64,000 nucleotides of DNA from Octopus sinensis (lineage: Eukaryota): the NCBI RefSeq assembly GCF_006345805.1, contig NC_043014.1, forward strand, positions 19,778,001 through 19,842,000, written 5' to 3'. Under the pieces are notes generated by a model. It had not been told where the DNA came from, did not search any database, and worked only from the letters and a program-made list of their open reading frames with translations. Shown here piece after piece: positions 61,721 through 64,000 of the stretch (the first letter of the stretch is position 1; every line of letters starts with the position of its first letter). A program made the position numbers and the translations under genes.

Positions 61721-62986
61721 TTACGTTTTTAAATACATATATATCAACACAATGAGTATTAGTGATTCATTCCCATTAAAAATTCCGTCAAGTGCTAAAA
61801 TAATACGCTTAATGTTGCCGTATGGAATACAAAAAAAAAAAAGACAATCATGTACAATCACAGATCTGCCATGCAGATATGCACATTTCTTCTAGATTAA
61901 GTGAGAACACTAACACCTATGATCACCTGCTTCGAAAACGGCAGTTTTTCAGCTCTGGTTATATATTTCCATTTACACCAATAATTATTGGCGAAGTTAC
62001 TATGTTAGCAAGTGCTCAACTTACAGTTGAGAAAATGTAGATTTTCAGGTACCAGAGTAGAAGTACTCGAGAAACACGATTCATGCACGGAACAGATAAA
62101 CAATGTTCTTTTGAAGTTTCACGTGTTGTTTTTAAAATGTCAGTTGCCTTCAAGATATGTACTTCTGTTTTAAAATCACCGAGAAAGAAAAATTTGCGGA
62201 CAACAGCTTCGAATCTTACATTACGTATGTAAACTCACATTTGTACCAATAATTATTAGATCATTTGCTTATATTAGTGAAATCTTGACGCCAAGAATAT
62301 GACCAGTTCGAAGGCATATTTCCAAATATAATATTTGTAAGAAGAATAGTAACACCATTTTCTAAACCAATACACAACACTCGGTCGTTGTTGTTGCTGT
62401 GTAAACTCCAGCGATGGTGCTTGTTTGTTTGTTCGTTTGTTTTCTTTCTGTTGTTTGCTACAAAAGAAATTCTTATTACTGGGATACATGTATGTTGATG
62501 CATACGTACTGAAATAGATATACATATGCATGTATATATTCATAGGTTTATATGTATGACGGCATGTTTGTATATACAAGATTACAGTGAACATAAGGAC
62601 CAGTATTTGCAAGTGAACACTAAACAAGAAACCGCTGAAGTGAAACGATACAAATATGAAAATTTCTAGAGATAAAAACATTTGTTATCTCACTTCTGCC
62701 GTTGCTGTACAGACGCATTTGGATTTGATCATCATATATATACAATGTGTGTGTGTGAGTGCTTGTATACATATATATGTACAAACATATATATATATAT
62801 TATATATATATATATAATATATATATACATACATTTAAATATATACATATATAAATACTCACGCACACACACGCATATATATAATATATATATACACATA
62901 CACACACACAAACATATATATATATAATATATCTATACACACATGTATACGTTTATGTTCTCTAGTTTTCTCTCGTTCACCCAGTA

Positions 62987-63035
<49 letters not shown>

Positions 63036-63494
63036 GTGTGTATGTATTTATGTATGTATGTATGTATGTATGTATGTATGTATGTATATATGTATACACG
63101 CACACACACACATACACACACACACACGTACTGCCTCGTGACATAGAAATTATTTGAAACTCCAAAGTTAATTGAAATTTATCCATAAGCTAACCAAAGC
63201 AAATGGATTATGTTTTCCATAAACCACATCAGTATTGTTACTTCTAGTTGTTTACTTGCTTGCTGCTGCTGCTGCTGCTACTACTACTACTGCTGACAAC
63301 TATAATATTAACAGATGTAACAAGTGCTAATAACAGTCTGTGTAATAATGTAATGATATTTTATTCATAGTAATGGAGTGATAGCCATCAATGATCTATT
63401 AATGGCGGTTTCAATAATAATAGAATTGGTTGTATATGTGCAAATGAATGTGCTGTAATTATGATACTATAAAGACTAAATAATGGTTTAAAAT

Positions 63495-63832
63495 TTTGTC
63501 ACAGAACCCGCAGATTTTGGGAAAGGGGGAAATCGATTACATTACCCCAGTACTTGACTGGCACTTATTTTATCGATTGCGAAAGGATAAAAGGTCAAAT
63601 CAACCAAGGCGGAATTCGAACTCAGAACATATTGATTTCAAATTTTTGCACATGGCCAGCAACATCGGTAGTGTGGGTAAGTCGATAACATCGAGCTCCA
63701 GTGCCCAACTTGTACTTATTTTATCGACACCAAAAATGAAATGCAAAGTCAGCCACGGCGGCATTTGAATTCAAGACATTTTGACTGGCGAAATGCCGCT
63801 GAACCTTTTTCCTCGCATGCTAACTGTCCTTC
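63495..63832 (-). mobile_element. Two tandem degenerate SINE group A copies
   Basis: The core (ACTTATTTTATCGA..AAAGG/ATGAAA..GGCGG(A/C)ATT(C/T)GAA) appears at about 63560-63625 and 63712-63775; head CGCATGCTAAC at about 63813-63823. Confidence 0.7.
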
Positions 63833-64000
63833 TAGATAACCATTTTCGTTTACAGAAGATAAAAGAAAAAAAAAACATGTAATAATGGAATTTATTTCAT
63901 GAGTATAAATATGTTAATTATCACTTCGATCTCATGTCATGTTCGTTTAGATGTAATACTAACACGTTTTGTGACAAACTTGATACTATTAGCGAGTACT

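Overview
AT-rich, gene-poor eukaryotic DNA packed with microsatellites ((TA)n, (TAGA)n, (TATG)n, (AAT)n, (CA)n) and transposable elements. The SINE, Helitron and LINE repertoire looks like an octopus genome (inference from repeat families, not from a search). No complete host gene, rRNA, true tRNA or CRISPR array is visible, and nearly all ORFs in the supplied track are translations of simple repeats or antisense shadows. The main element is a near-intact Penelope-like retroelement (PLE) of Neptune type at 16534-20375 (-), with N-terminal domain, RT, Cys linker and GIY-YIG endonuclease. All four of its frame disruptions can be repaired by restoring one C in a C-run, giving a 969-aa ORF. Its 3' end carries a minimal type I hammerhead ribozyme fold with a variant core (CUGUUGA). 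A related solo 3' end with a second hammerhead-like fold lies at 38.5 kb. Several other short elements inside (TA)n tracts share a 'terminal foldback + AT-rich tail' architecture, suggesting a (TA)n-targeted PLE/ribozyme retroelement community. Also present: R4/Dong-like RLE LINE remnants and stacked (AAT)n-tailed 3' ends, RTE LINE fragments, three tRNA-derived SINE groups (about 25 copies), non-autonomous Helitrons with swapped ends, mariner/Tc1/maT remnants, a hAT-like MITE, a few candidate + strand exons and a paired CRE motif.
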